Positions 16,191-26,500 of a DNA stretch of 64,000 bases are shown piece by piece. Made by a program: the position numbers and the translations under genes. Within the stretch, counting starts at the first letter, position 1; every line of letters starts with the position of its first letter. Below the pieces are notes generated by a model. That model did no database searches, was not told the DNA's origin, and was given only the letters and a program-made list of their open reading frames with translations. The stretch is taken from the NCBI GenBank assembly GCA_040386535.1, contig JAZKFH010000015.1, positions 220,800 to 284,799 of the forward strand, given 5' to 3'. Source of the DNA: Myxococcota bacterium (GTDB lineage Bacteria; Myxococcota_A; UBA796; SXON01).

Positions 16191-18838
16191 AACTGGAACC
16201 TCGCCTCGAAGCCGGGGCTGGGGATGAAGGGGAGGCCTTGGATGTAGGTCTTCTCGGTGTAGTCGTAATTGTACAGTTCGAACTCCGGATTTGTCCCGTG
16301 GAGGACGTTCAGGAGGTCGACGTAGAGGCTCAACTGCCAATGGCGGAAGGTGAACAGCTTGTCAATTCGGCCGCTGACCGCCCAATACGGGGGGAGGCGC
16401 TCGGAGTTCTCGGCGCCCGTGGCAAACGCCTGGTAGCTGTCCTGGTCGATGTCGTAGACGCCCAGGGAATAGGGCGTGGTCGTGTTCCCGGTGACGTACT
16501 CGGCCTTGGCCGAGACCTCGATGTCCCAGGGCAGCTTGTACCCGGCGGTGCCGATGAGGATGTGGGTCTGGTCGTAGTCGAAGAGGTACCAGTCCTCGTC
16601 GGGCTGGTCGCGGCGCTCGGAGCGGGACAACGTGTAGGAGATCCAGCCGAAGAACCTGTCGATCGGCGCGTGACGCAACAGGACCTCGAGGCCATAGGCC
16701 CGGCCGCGCCCGCCGTTGACGAAGAACTGGTCGTCCAGAGACTCGAAGTCGGGGTTGCCGACGACGAGGTTGTCCATCGCCTTGTAGAAGACCTCGGCGT
16801 CGACCTGGATGGCCTGGCTGATGTCCTGCTCCCAGCCGAGCGATCCGGAGAGCGAGCGTTCGAACTGGAGATCGACGGGCTTGTCGTCCGCGCGGTAGCT
16901 CTGGAACGGCTGTGGCGGCTGGTGGTAGATGCCGACCGAGCCCTTGACGCGCCCGCCGGGGAACACGGAGAAGCGCCCGGAGAAGCGCGGGTCGAGCGCG
17001 AAGATGTCGTACTCGCCCGGGATGCTCAGGAAGTTGAAGCGGATGCCCGGCGTGAGCAGGAGGCGCTCGGTGTCGGCGAGGGGGCGCAGCTCGGCGAGCA
17101 GGTACAGGTCGGGCCCCCACCCGGGCTGCACGTCCTCGACGATGTACGGCTCGCGCTCGGCGAGGGGGTCGGTCTCCGCGAACTGGGCGGGGTCGAACGG
17201 CAGCTCGATCGAGAACGGCGCGATGCCGCCGATGAAGTCGATGCCCGGCACGATCTTCACGTGCTCGTTGGGCGTCCACGGGAGCTCCGCGCGGATCTCG
17301 GCGAGCCATTGGCTCTGCTCGAGCTTCCACGCGTTCCCGAGGCTGAACTTGGCGTAGTCGTTGCCGAATGACGGGATGAAGTGGAACGCGAGCGTGTCGG
17401 AGAAGGTGTGTTCCCACCGCGCGAGGATGCGGTGCGTGGAGTAGGTCGTGCCGAGATCGCCCTGGCCGTCCTGGTCCGTGCTCTGCGCGAAGCCCGGCGG
17501 AGTCGACACGATCAGCACGTCCTGGAAGCCGAAGAGGAGGAGCGAGAACTCGTTCGGGCCGTCCCCCTGCCACTGGTACTTGGCCTGGTAGTCCCACCAC
17601 TGGGGCCGCGCGATGAAGCCCTCGTCGAGAAACAGCGGCAGGATGGCGTCGACGTAGGAGCGGCGCGCGGCCACGCCGAAGCCGTGCTGCTTCTTCTTGC
17701 CGACGGTGCCAGTCACGAGCGCGCCGGAGTCGAGCAGATCGGTGGACCACGTGACGCGGGTGCGCTCGGGGAACTCGGTGGTGGTGCGCACATCGACCAC
17801 ACCGCCGGTGCTGCGTCCGTAGCGGGGGCCGAAGCCGCCCGGGAGGTAGTCGACGGCGCCCACGAGGTCGGGGTTCAGGACCGATTCGAACCCTCCGATG
17901 TGGTAGACGTAGGGGATCCGGATGCCGTCGACGTAGACGCCGGAATCTTCAGGGTTCGACCCGCGGATGACCAGGAACCCGGTCCCGAACGGCGTGCGCG
18001 CGGCGCCCGGGAGCGTCTGGACCACGCGGATGGGATCCCCGAACGTGCCCGGGACGCGCCGGATCTCCTCCATGGAGATGGTGCGCTTGCTGACCTCGGC
18101 GCTCGGCTGGCGGTAGACGCCGATGACGCCGGCGTTGTTGTACGACTTGTTGCGGATCCAGAGCTTGACCGTCGTGAGCTCGGTCAGGCTCACCTGCACC
18201 GGCTGCTCGAGCGTGTCGTAGCCGGGGTGCACCACGCGGAGGGTGACCGCGCCGCCGGGCACGCCGCGGAAGGTGTAGCGCCCCTCCGCGTCGGTGGTGG
18301 CCTCGACCCCCGCGGGCTCGATGCGCACGACGATCCCCGCGAGGGGGCGGCGCGTGCCCATCTCGACGAGCATGCCGTCGAGGTTCACCGGGAGCTCCGC
18401 GACCTCGGTCGGCTGGGCCTCGGGGACGGCGCCCTCCTGCGAGGCGGCGTCGAGCACGAAGCCGTATTCGAACTCGACCACGACGGGGACGGGGCCGGTC
18501 GCGTCCTCTGCGGGGGAGAACCGGAACTGGCGCGCGGCCTCGACCGCCGCGGCCTCGAGCCCCACGTCGGTGCCGGTGCCGCGGAGGACATCCACGTTGG
18601 TGACCGCGCCCGCCTCGTCGATCTCGATCGCGAGGAGCACCTTCCCCTCGACCTGCGCCGCGCGCGCCGCCTCCGGGTAGGGCGCCTCGACGAACGCGAC
18701 GAGCGCGGGCTCCTTGACGAGCGGGGGCAGCTCCTCGGGGAGGGCGTCGGGAGGAAGCTCCGGCGGGACCGTAGAAGACCCCGGATCGGCCGCGTGCGCC
18801 ATCCCGACGAGGGCGAGAGCGAGGAGGAGCGGCGCCAT
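16187..18838 (-). CDS. TonB-dependent receptor with N-terminal TonB_C and carboxypeptidase-regulatory-like domains
   Basis: Signal MAPLLLALALVGMAHA. TonB_C (YPEAARAAQVEGKVLL.IEIDEAG.V...AAVEAARQFRFSPA). Plug (EIRRVPGTFGDP.R....LPG, IRGS, YVDGI, PGGFGPRYG...GGVV). Barrel ending in F. The ORF-track start at 19447 is over-extended. Confidence 0.92.
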   Translation of the reverse strand: MAPLLLALALVGMAHAADPGSSTVPPELPPDALPEELPPLVKEPALVAFVEAPYPEAARAAQVEGKVLLAIEIDEAGAVTNVDVLRGTGTDVGLEAAAVEAARQFRFSPAEDATGPVPVVVEFEYGFVLDAASQEGAVPEAQPTEVAELPVNLDGMLVEMGTRRPLAGIVVRIEPAGVEATTDAEGRYTFRGVPGGAVTLRVVHPGYDTLEQPVQVSLTELTTVKLWIRNKSYNNAGVIGVYRQPSAEVSKRTISMEEIRRVPGTFGDPIRVVQTLPGAARTPFGTGFLVIRGSNPEDSGVYVDGIRIPYVYHIGGFESVLNPDLVGAVDYLPGGFGPRYGRSTGGVVDVRTTTEFPERTRVTWSTDLLDSGALVTGTVGKKKQHGFGVAARRSYVDAILPLFLDEGFIARPQWWDYQAKYQWQGDGPNEFSLLLFGFQDVLIVSTPPGFAQSTDQDGQGDLGTTYSTHRILARWEHTFSDTLAFHFIPSFGNDYAKFSLGNAWKLEQSQWLAEIRAELPWTPNEHVKIVPGIDFIGGIAPFSIELPFDPAQFAETDPLAEREPYIVEDVQPGWGPDLYLLAELRPLADTERLLLTPGIRFNFLSIPGEYDIFALDPRFSGRFSVFPGGRVKGSVGIYHQPPQPFQSYRADDKPVDLQFERSLSGSLGWEQDISQAIQVDAEVFYKAMDNLVVGNPDFESLDDQFFVNGGRGRAYGLEVLLRHAPIDRFFGWISYTLSRSERRDQPDEDWYLFDYDQTHILIGTAGYKLPWDIEVSAKAEYVTGNTTTPYSLGVYDIDQDSYQAFATGAENSERLPPYWAVSGRIDKLFTFRHWQLSLYVDLLNVLHGTNPEFELYNYDYTEKTYIQGLPFIPSPGFEARFQF

Positions 18839-19587
18839 CAGATCTCGTTGACCGCGCAGCTCTCGGGTACGCCGAGCACGGCGACGGGGGTGCCGTCCTG
18901 CTCGGCCGGCTTCCACTGGGATTTGCGGTACGCGGCGACACACGCCTCGTCGACCCCGAAGCCGAGCCCCTGGGTGACGTGGACCCGCGTGACCTTGCCC
19001 TTGGCGTCGAGGTCGAGGAGGACCTTGACCATGCCCTTGACGTTGGCCTTGCGCGCCTCGTCCGGCACGTCCATCATCGGGCTCCATTGGAGCCGCGGGG
19101 CCTTGGTGACGGCGGTGTAGGGGCGCGCCTCGAACGGGCCCGAGGCCTCGTTCAGGTTCATCGAGTCCTTGCCGGCGGCGACGCCCGTCGAGTTCCCCGC
19201 GCGCACGGACAGGCCGGTGCTCGCGCCGGGCGCGAAGGAGTTGGCGGTGAGGCCCTGGACCTGGCGGACCACGCGCCGCGCCGGCTCGGGCGGCGGAGCC
19301 GAGTTGGGAGGCGGCGGCGTCGGGGTGGTGTCCTCGAACTTGACCACCTTTGGCACCGGCTTCGGCTTGGGCGGCTCGGGCTCGACCTTGGGCTCCGGCG
19401 GCTTGGGCGGCGGGGGCTTCGGCTCGTTCAGGGCCACCTCGACCCACTCGGAGGCCTTCTTCGCAGCCGCCGGATTGGAGAGGAGGAAGAGCGCCGCGAG
19501 CACGTGGACGCCGATGGACCCCCCGATCGCCGACGTCCGGAGCGCGCGCTGCCAGCCGGGCACGGGACGATAGGGGGAGAGGCTCAT
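18838..19587 (-). CDS. tonB: Energy transducer TonB
   Basis: TM helix with S-x3-H (SIGVH), Pro/Lys-rich linker (EPKPPPPKPPEPK), TonB_C domain. Confidence 0.85.
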   Translation of the reverse strand: MSLSPYRPVPGWQRALRTSAIGGSIGVHVLAALFLLSNPAAAKKASEWVEVALNEPKPPPPKPPEPKVEPEPPKPKPVPKVVKFEDTTPTPPPPNSAPPPEPARRVVRQVQGLTANSFAPGASTGLSVRAGNSTGVAAGKDSMNLNEASGPFEARPYTAVTKAPRLQWSPMMDVPDEARKANVKGMVKVLLDLDAKGKVTRVHVTQGLGFGVDEACVAAYRKSQWKPAEQDGTPVAVLGVPESCAVNEI

Positions 19588-20027
19588 GGGGCGACGGCCG
19601 CGGCGGCGGCGCCGGGCATCGCCAGCGGGTCGATGTTGATCGCGAACTTGGCGACGCCCTCCTGCTTCACCAGGTCGATGACGTGTGTCACGTCGCCGTG
19701 GCGGGACTCCTTGTCGCCCGCGATCAGGCAGACGACGTCGGGGCTGGCGGCCTTCGCGGCGCGGACGGCCGCACGCAGCGCGTCCTCGGTGACGGGGGCG
19801 CCGTCGAGGTACAAGGCGCCGTCGGCCGCGACGGTGATGCCGAGCGAGGAGGGCTCCACGTTCTCGCCCGTGGCGGCCTCGGGGAGGTTGACCTTGATGC
19901 TGGGCGACACGATGTAGGTCGCGGTCACCATGAAGATGATCAGCACGACCAGCACGATGTCGACGAGCGGCACGATGTTGATCTCGGTCATCGGCTCGTC
20001 GCTGCCGCCGCCGAGCTTGCCGGCCAC
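19584..20027 (-). CDS. exbD: ExbD/TolR family protein
   Basis: 'EINIVPLVDIVLVVLIIFMVTA' with the conserved TM Asp; 'VNLPEA'; 'IAGDK...HG.V..VID'. Confidence 0.93.
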   Translation of the reverse strand: MAGKLGGGSDEPMTEINIVPLVDIVLVVLIIFMVTATYIVSPSIKVNLPEAATGENVEPSSLGITVAADGALYLDGAPVTEDALRAAVRAAKAASPDVVCLIAGDKESRHGDVTHVIDLVKQEGVAKFAINIDPLAMPGAAAAAVAP

Positions 20028-20656
20028 TACGCCGCCTCGTCGGCCCGGAGGCGCGACAGGACCAGGGAGCCGAGGCTCTCCATGCGGCCCGTGGACTCGC
20101 GGACGCGCCGGCTGAAGTAGTTGTAGAGCACGACCGCGGGGATCGCGACGACGAGGCCCACCGCGGTGGCGACCAGCGCCTCGCTGATGCCGGCCATGAC
20201 GGCCCCGGCGCTCTCTTCGGTGGAGAGCGCGAGGTCGTTGAAGGCCTTGATGATGCCGAGCACGGTGCCGAAGAGCCCGATGAACGGGGCGTTCGAGGCG
20301 ACGGTGCCGATGATGATGAGGAAGCGCTCGAGGCGGAGCTTCTCGAAGGTGAGCGTGCCCACCATCGCGTCCTCGGCGGCGTCGGGCGCCTTCTTCGCGG
20401 CGGTGAGGGCCGCGAGCAGGACCCGGGGCTCGAGGCCGCGCATCCCGGTCAGCCGCTTCTCCAGCTCATCCCGGGAGCCGCCACCGAGGAACCCGCCGAT
20501 CGCGGCCTCGAACGGACCGCGCGGCGCGGTGTTGAGCGTCATGTAGATGACCCGCTCGATCGCGACCGTCAGGACGATCACGCTCAGCCCGACGAGGAGC
20601 CACAACACCCAGGCCGCGCCGTAGAGGGCCAACTGCAGCATCTTCTGTTCGAGCAT
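20027..20656 (-). CDS. exbB: ExbB/TolQ/MotA proton-channel protein
   Basis: 'NAPFIGLFGTVLGII.AF', 'GISEALVATAVGLVVAIPAV..YN'. Start moved to ATG 20656. Confidence 0.93.
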   Translation of the reverse strand: MLEQKMLQLALYGAAWVLWLLVGLSVIVLTVAIERVIYMTLNTAPRGPFEAAIGGFLGGGSRDELEKRLTGMRGLEPRVLLAALTAAKKAPDAAEDAMVGTLTFEKLRLERFLIIIGTVASNAPFIGLFGTVLGIIKAFNDLALSTEESAGAVMAGISEALVATAVGLVVAIPAVVLYNYFSRRVRESTGRMESLGSLVLSRLRADEAA

Positions 20657-20699
20657 CCGCCGGCAACTCCGAGGCCGAAGCCCATAACCCGAACCCGTC

Positions 20700-21170
20700 T
20701 CATTCCGCTGGAGAGACTGGGGGCCGGGCGTCACATGCGAGGCGAAACGGCCTTTCCTGGCAGGCGAGGGCGTCGGGGCGGACGATGACCTCGTTCGCTG
20801 CGGCGATGAACGCGGCGGGGGTCGCGGGGGTGAGCGGCGGGGTCAACGGGCAACCGCAGCCGTCATAGAACTGGACCGTGCCGACGGGCTGGGCGTCGGG
20901 CCCGGCGGGCTCGGCGCGGAAGAGCGGGTGGAACCGGTCGTTGAGGAACGTGGTCACGTCGACGTCGGCCACGAGGCGATCGATCGCGCCGCCAGGACGA
21001 TCGACGACGAGCACGACCGGCCCGTGGACGGGCGCGTCCACTGCGCGCCACTCGACCCACGGCGCCGTGGAGCCGGTGGGGGAGGGGATCGCCGCCGGGG
21101 AGGGCGGGTCCTTGCACGCGCTGATGAGGAGCGCCCCCAGGCCGATCATCGGCGCGAAGGGGGAGGACAT
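20700..21170 (-). CDS. Putative lipoprotein with a degenerate thioredoxin-like (DUF255-like) fold
   Basis: Lipobox ISAC. 'PWVEW...PVVLVV....DVTTFLNDRFHP....TVQFYD' resembles that fold, but there is no CxxC. Confidence 0.5.
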   Translation of the reverse strand: MSSPFAPMIGLGALLISACKDPPSPAAIPSPTGSTAPWVEWRAVDAPVHGPVVLVVDRPGGAIDRLVADVDVTTFLNDRFHPLFRAEPAGPDAQPVGTVQFYDGCGCPLTPPLTPATPAAFIAAANEVIVRPDALACQERPFRLACDARPPVSPAE

Positions 21171-21189
21171 CAGGTAGAAGCGGAAGAGT

Positions 21190-21264
21190 TGGAGGCGACG
21201 GCCGGATTCGAACCGGCGTATAATGGTTTTGCAAACCATTGCCTGACCACTTGGCTACGTCGCC
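21190..21264 (-). tRNA. tRNA-Cys (GCA)
   Basis: GGCGACGTAGCCAAGTGGTCAGGCAATGGTTTGCAAAACCATTATACGCCGGTTCGAATCCGGCCGTCGCCTCCA: acceptor stem GGCGACG/CGTCGCC, anticodon loop TTGCAAA, T-loop GTTCGAATC, encoded CCA. Confidence 0.97.
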
Positions 21265-21275
21265 GCTGTGCCGGA

Positions 21276-21304
21276 CTACTATTGGGCGGACGCATTCCGG
21301 TCAA
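21276..21304 (-). promoter_or_regulatory. Putative tRNA promoter
   Basis: TTGACC-N17-TAGTAG on the minus strand immediately upstream of the tRNA. Confidence 0.5.
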
Positions 21305-23499
21305 GGGCCGCCACCGACCCAGACGCGCACAGGGGCGCTCCTCACCCCGTCGACCGTGACCGTCACGCGGTGATCGCCAGGTTCGGGCACCCATCGCGCC
21401 GAGAAGGGCGGGGGGGCGGTGGCGATGGACGCGCCGTCGACCTCCCAGACGGCCAGGGCCCCGGCAGGGGCCTCCGCGACCAGCGGGATGGCCTGATCGG
21501 CGGCGGGGCGCGTGGGGTCGAGCCAGTAGGTGGCCCCGTTCGACGGGGCGGCGACGGCGACGGGGCCGGCATCGGGGCGCACGCGTACGCCGGCACGGCT
21601 CGCCCACGCCGAGAGCGACGAGGGGACGACTACGCCGTCGGGACCGTGCCAATCGCACGCGAGCGATGCGCTGGCCTTGGGGAGCCACTCGTCCCGGGTG
21701 TCGGGGCATGACAGACCGCGGGCCATGCCGGAGAGCGGGCAGATCGCGTGTTGCGTGAGGGACGGGGCGGGCGTGAACGGTGTGGTGGGGCGGGCCTCCA
21801 TCGCCGCGGCCATCACCCGCTCGAGGATGGGGCCGGCCCCGGTGACCCCGCTGATGTCGACCATCGGGCTGCCGTCGAAGTTGCCGACCCACACGGCCAC
21901 GGTGATCGCGGGCGTGACGCCGATCGCCCAGTTGTCACGCCACCCCGTGCTCGTGCCGGTCTTCGCGGCCATCGGGAAGGGCGGCTCCAGGACGGAGTCG
22001 CGGCCGAAGGCGGGGGCGCGCGCGTCCGCGTCGTCCAGCGCGTCTGCCAGGAGGAAGGCGGAGGCGGGGGTGAGGACCTGGCGCGGCGCGGCGCGCGGCG
22101 CGTCGAGCGTGTAGCGGAGCGGGCGCCAACGCCCGTCGGAGGCGAGGGTTGCGTACGCGGCGGCGAGCTCGTCGAGGCGCACCTCGCCGCCGCCGAGCGC
22201 CAGCGAGAGCCCGTAGTGCGCGGGGCGCTCCGGGAGCGTCGTGAAGCCGAGGCGCACGAGGCGCTGATGGAGGTCCGCCACGCCGACGCGCTCGGCGAGC
22301 CGAACGGCGGGGACGTTCAGGCTGCGGGCGAGGGCGGCACGGAGGGTCACGGGCCCGGCACTGCCGCGATCGTAGTTCTCCGGATGCCAGCTGCCGTGCG
22401 TGGTGGACCAGGTGCCGGGCGTGTCCGCGACGACATCCGCGAGGGTCGCGCCCTCTTCGAGGGCGAGGCCGTAGAGGAACGGCTTGAGCGCGCTGCCCGG
22501 GCTCCGGGGCGCCTGTACGCCGTCCACCTGCCCGTCGGCGGCGCGCCAGTCTCCAGAGCCCACGTACGCGAGCACCTCGCGGGTGGGGTTGTGCACGACG
22601 AGCACGGCGGCGTGGTGCGCGCGCTTGGGCGCGAGGTCGGCGAGCACGTCGCGCACGGCAGCCTCGGCTTCGTGCTGGAGCCCGAGATCGATCGTTGTGC
22701 GGATGCGGGGCACCGGCTTCGCCGCCGTGGCCGCGTAGACCCGGCGAACGAGGTGCGGCGCCTCGCCCACGGCGGGCGGCGGCGTGAGCGTCAGCGGTTC
22801 GGCCACGGCCTCGGCGACACGGGCCGCGTCGGCGAGGCCGTGGCTCGCCATTCGACGCAGGACGCCGTCCCGTGCGGCCCTTGCCCGCAGGGGGAACCGC
22901 AGCGGGTCGAGATCCGCCGGGCGGCGTGGGATCGCCGCGAGGGTGGCGGCCTGCGCGAGGGAGAGCGCGTGCGGCGGCCGGTCGAAGTAGAGGCGAGACG
23001 CGGCGTCGGCGCCGATGGCGGCGTTGCCGTAGTAGACGCGGGAGAGGTACTCCGCGAGCAGGCGGTCCTTGTTGTGCCAGGCCTCCAGGCGCACGGCGAG
23101 GAGGGCCTCGCCCGCCTTGCCCGCGAAGCCGGGCCCCCGGGGGACGAGGTTCCGGGCGAGCTGCTGCGTGATGGTCGAGCCGCCCTCCACCACCTGGCCG
23201 GCGCGGGCGTTGTTCCATGCGGCGCGGGCGACGCCGATCGGATCCACCCCGAGGTGCCACCGGTACCGGTGGTCCTCCGCGGCGAGCGTGGCGGCCACGA
23301 GGTCATCCCCGAAGCCGGCAAGAGCGAGCGGCTGGCCCGGCGCGCGTTCGGGCGCGGCCCGGTAGACGAGCCGCACGCCGTCTCGGTCGAGCACGTCGGT
23401 CCCGCCGACCGGCACGAGCAGGTCGGCCGGCAGGGGGCGGAGCAGCGCTCCGAGCACGATGACGGCGGCGGCCGCGAGCAGGAGGCCGGACCGCCGCAC
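21301..23499 (-). CDS. pbpC: Penicillin-binding protein 1C
   Basis: Transglycosylase motifs (AEDHRYRWHLGVD, GGSTITQQLA), transpeptidase SxxK (GSALKP), SxN (SLN), KTG, and a C-terminal BiPBP_C-like domain. Directly downstream of alpha-2-macroglobulin. GTG start at 23499. Confidence 0.93.
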   Translation of the reverse strand: MRRSGLLLAAAAVIVLGALLRPLPADLLVPVGGTDVLDRDGVRLVYRAAPERAPGQPLALAGFGDDLVAATLAAEDHRYRWHLGVDPIGVARAAWNNARAGQVVEGGSTITQQLARNLVPRGPGFAGKAGEALLAVRLEAWHNKDRLLAEYLSRVYYGNAAIGADAASRLYFDRPPHALSLAQAATLAAIPRRPADLDPLRFPLRARAARDGVLRRMASHGLADAARVAEAVAEPLTLTPPPAVGEAPHLVRRVYAATAAKPVPRIRTTIDLGLQHEAEAAVRDVLADLAPKRAHHAAVLVVHNPTREVLAYVGSGDWRAADGQVDGVQAPRSPGSALKPFLYGLALEEGATLADVVADTPGTWSTTHGSWHPENYDRGSAGPVTLRAALARSLNVPAVRLAERVGVADLHQRLVRLGFTTLPERPAHYGLSLALGGGEVRLDELAAAYATLASDGRWRPLRYTLDAPRAAPRQVLTPASAFLLADALDDADARAPAFGRDSVLEPPFPMAAKTGTSTGWRDNWAIGVTPAITVAVWVGNFDGSPMVDISGVTGAGPILERVMAAAMEARPTTPFTPAPSLTQHAICPLSGMARGLSCPDTRDEWLPKASASLACDWHGPDGVVVPSSLSAWASRAGVRVRPDAGPVAVAAPSNGATYWLDPTRPAADQAIPLVAEAPAGALAVWEVDGASIATAPPPFSARWVPEPGDHRVTVTVDGVRSAPVRVWVGGGP

Positions 23500-23501
23500 G
23501 C

Positions 23502-26500
23502 CTACCTCGACGCCACGGGGAACCCGACCACGAACCGGCCCGCCTCGGTGCGCCCGAAGGTGTCGGGCGCGTACATCTGCTCGACGGTGGCGGCGGGGTG
23601 CGCGTAGTCGCCCGGGGTGGTGGCGCGCGCGAGGTAGGTCTGCACGTGGATCCCGGCCGGCATGTGGTCGGCGTAGAGCGCCACACGATCGTCGCGCAGC
23701 TCGCGACGGTTGAAGACCCAGCTGGAGGTCCACTCATGGGTGTCCTCGGCGTAGATCCCCGTGTCGACGGGGTTCCAGCCGCCGCCCGTGTCCGACTCGC
23801 CCATGGCGCGCACGCTCGTGGCGAACGTGGTGTCGATGGGCTCGAGGCCTGCCGGCAACCAGTCGACCAGGGCGACGTTGTAGCGGTCGACAGGGGTGAC
23901 CGCGCGCAACGTTACGCGCACGACCGCGCCCGGGCTGACCTGGGCGCCGCTGCCCGAGCCCTCCAGCACCTCGTAGGTGCGGGTGAGCGTGAAGCCCTCG
24001 TCCCGGGGGGGCAGCGAGGGGAGGGCGTACGCGAGGCGGCTCTCGTAGTAGAGGCGCCCCCCCGAGCCCGTGAACGCCAGCTCTCCGGGCTTCAGGCCGA
24101 GCATCGGCAGGAAGGCCGAGGCCTGCCCGCCCTCGCCGAGCGGCTTCTCGACCAGGGGCTGCCCGGCCAGGGTCACGCGGGCGGTGACCGGGCCGGTCTC
24201 GTAGCGCGCGGTGTAGTCACGGAGCGCCTGGAGCGCCGCGGCGGTGGTGTAGGTGTTCGCCCAGCGACCCTGCTTGCGGGCGTCGACCAGGTGGTGCACG
24301 AGGCGGCCGAGCATCGGATGCGTAGGCGCCGCCTGCATCCACGCGCGGACGAGCGCGGAGGTGCCGAGATCGTCGCCGTACCAGAGGGCCGACCAGCGAT
24401 CGGTGTCCCGGTCGATCAGCGCGGCGCTGGTCGACTCGATCTTCAGCGCGGCCTCGAGCTCCTGGGTGAGCCCGCGGGTGCGCGTGTCATCCCCGGTGGT
24501 GCGGGCCAGCGTCTCGAGCAGCTCGGCCTTGCCGAACTGCGGGAGCCCCGCGCGATCGTCCCAGAGGCGCGCGTTGAAGCCGGCGTCCCCGCGGCCGGCG
24601 CGCGCCATCGCGAGCGCGGCGCGGGCCTGCGCAGTGCGTGTCATCTCGGGCGACCACCAGCGCGGCACGTGGCTGCCGCCGAGGAACTCGCGCACGAAGA
24701 CCGCGAGGCGCTCCAGGTTCGCGTCATCCACCGGGTGGCCCGCGGCCTTCGCCTCCGTGAGGATCTCCAGCGCGTAGGCGGAGGCGGGGCCGGTCGCGTC
24801 GTCACCCGGCCAGTAGCCGAAGCCGCCGCTGGCGGTGCGGAACGACTCCATCTTCGCGAGGCCGACGCGCACGTACTCGTCGAGCTTCTCCGGAGGCGTC
24901 GTCATCCCCGCCTTCGGGCCGAGCGTGCGGGCGAGCAAGGCGACGCGCGTGCGGCTGCCGACCTGCTCCAGGCACCCGTGCGGGTACTCGAGCAGGTAGT
25001 CGACCGAGCTGCCCATGCCGACGAGCGCGGACGCGCTCACGTTGACGGTGAGCCCGCCAGCCTGGGGCACGGCGCCCTTCGGGACGGCCACGGCCTCCTT
25101 CGCGGTGTCGGTGGTGGAGCCGCTGGACGCCACGACCTCTTGCGGCAGCGGGCTCGACACGGGCACGGTGATCTCGACGGCGTCCTTGTTTGCGCCCCCC
25201 GAGGCGTCGAACCGCAGCTTGACGGCCGGACCGTCGAAGTCGGTGAGCGCGAAGGGGACCTCGAGCGCGCCGTCGGCGACGACGGTGACGGTGCGCGGGG
25301 CGCCGGCGAGCTTGGCGCCGGTGACCGTGGCGTTCACCACGACCTCCACCGGGGCCGACGTGTTGTTGTGCACGACGACGCCCGCGAACGCGCGGTCCCC
25401 CTGGCGGAAGAACCTGGGCAGCGCCGGGCGGGCGATGAGCGGGCGGTTCACCCGCACCTCCTGCTCGCCGGAGCCGAAGGCGGCCTTCCCGTCATCCACC
25501 ACGGCCATGATCTTGAACGTGGTCAGGTTGTCGGGGAGCACGAACGTGTGGTCGAGCACACCGCTCTTGTTCGTGCGGAGGTTGGGTTGCCACAGCGGGG
25601 TGGTCTCGAACTTGCGCCGCACGTCGGCATCGGAGGTACCGCCGCCACCGCCCGCCTCGGCGCCCTTCGCGAGGTAGTGCGCGCGATCATAGACGGAGAT
25701 GCGGTTGTCGGCGGTGAGGACCCCGAGAGGCTGGGCCTGGTAGAACTCGCCGTGTTGATCGGGGGTCTCGTAGGCGGTGAGCGAGAGGACCCCGTAGTCG
25801 ACCGCCCAGAGCGTGACCCGCGCGTTGGCGAGGGCCTGCCCGTCCCGCTGCGCCTCGAGGTGGATGCGCACGGTGTCCTGCGGCTGGTAGGCCTCGCGGT
25901 CCGTCGTGAGGGCCACGGCGATCTTCTGCCCGGAGGCCTCCACGGTGAGTGGGGCCACGCCGTACCAGATGCCGGGCTTGCCGGCGTCGGGCGCGTTGGC
26001 GGGGGGGGCGCCTTCCACCGCGAGCACGGTCACGAACGCGTTGGGCATCATGGCCGCGGTGATCGGGATCTCGATGGCCTCGGCCGTCGTCTTCAGCGTG
26101 ATCACGCGGCGCGACCAGATGCCCTGGCGTTCCACCGTGACGAGCGCCTGCATCCCGGGCTTCGGCGCCTTGACGAGCACCTTGGCGATGTCGCCCGGGG
26201 CGTAGCTGCGTTTGTCCGCCACGAGCTCGAGCGTGCGGGTGTCGCTACGCGCCCACGAGACCTCGCCACCGAGGACGTACACCCCGGTCTCCGCGACGGT
26301 GGTGCCGGGCTTGCCGCCGCCGGCCTCCGCGCGGATGACGTAGTAGCCGCCGTCCTTGGGCGTGAACGACCACGAGGCGGCTTGCGCGGCGGTGGTCACC
26401 GTCCCGGCGCCGACCGGCTCGTCCTTCGCCGTGTTCACCCAGCGCCACGTGCCGTCCATCGCCTTTTCGCGGACGACGTCCCAGGTGCGGCGGGCCGCGG

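Noticed and set aside
19584..20656. Calling exbB/exbD the AglR/AglQ/AglS gliding motor
   Set aside because: Only one TolR-like gene, and it is coupled to tonB and a receptor. Kept as ExbBD pending phylogeny.
21190..21264. tRNA-Cys as the integration site of a genomic island
   Set aside because: No integrase, no duplicated tRNA 3' end noticed, and no obvious compositional shift.
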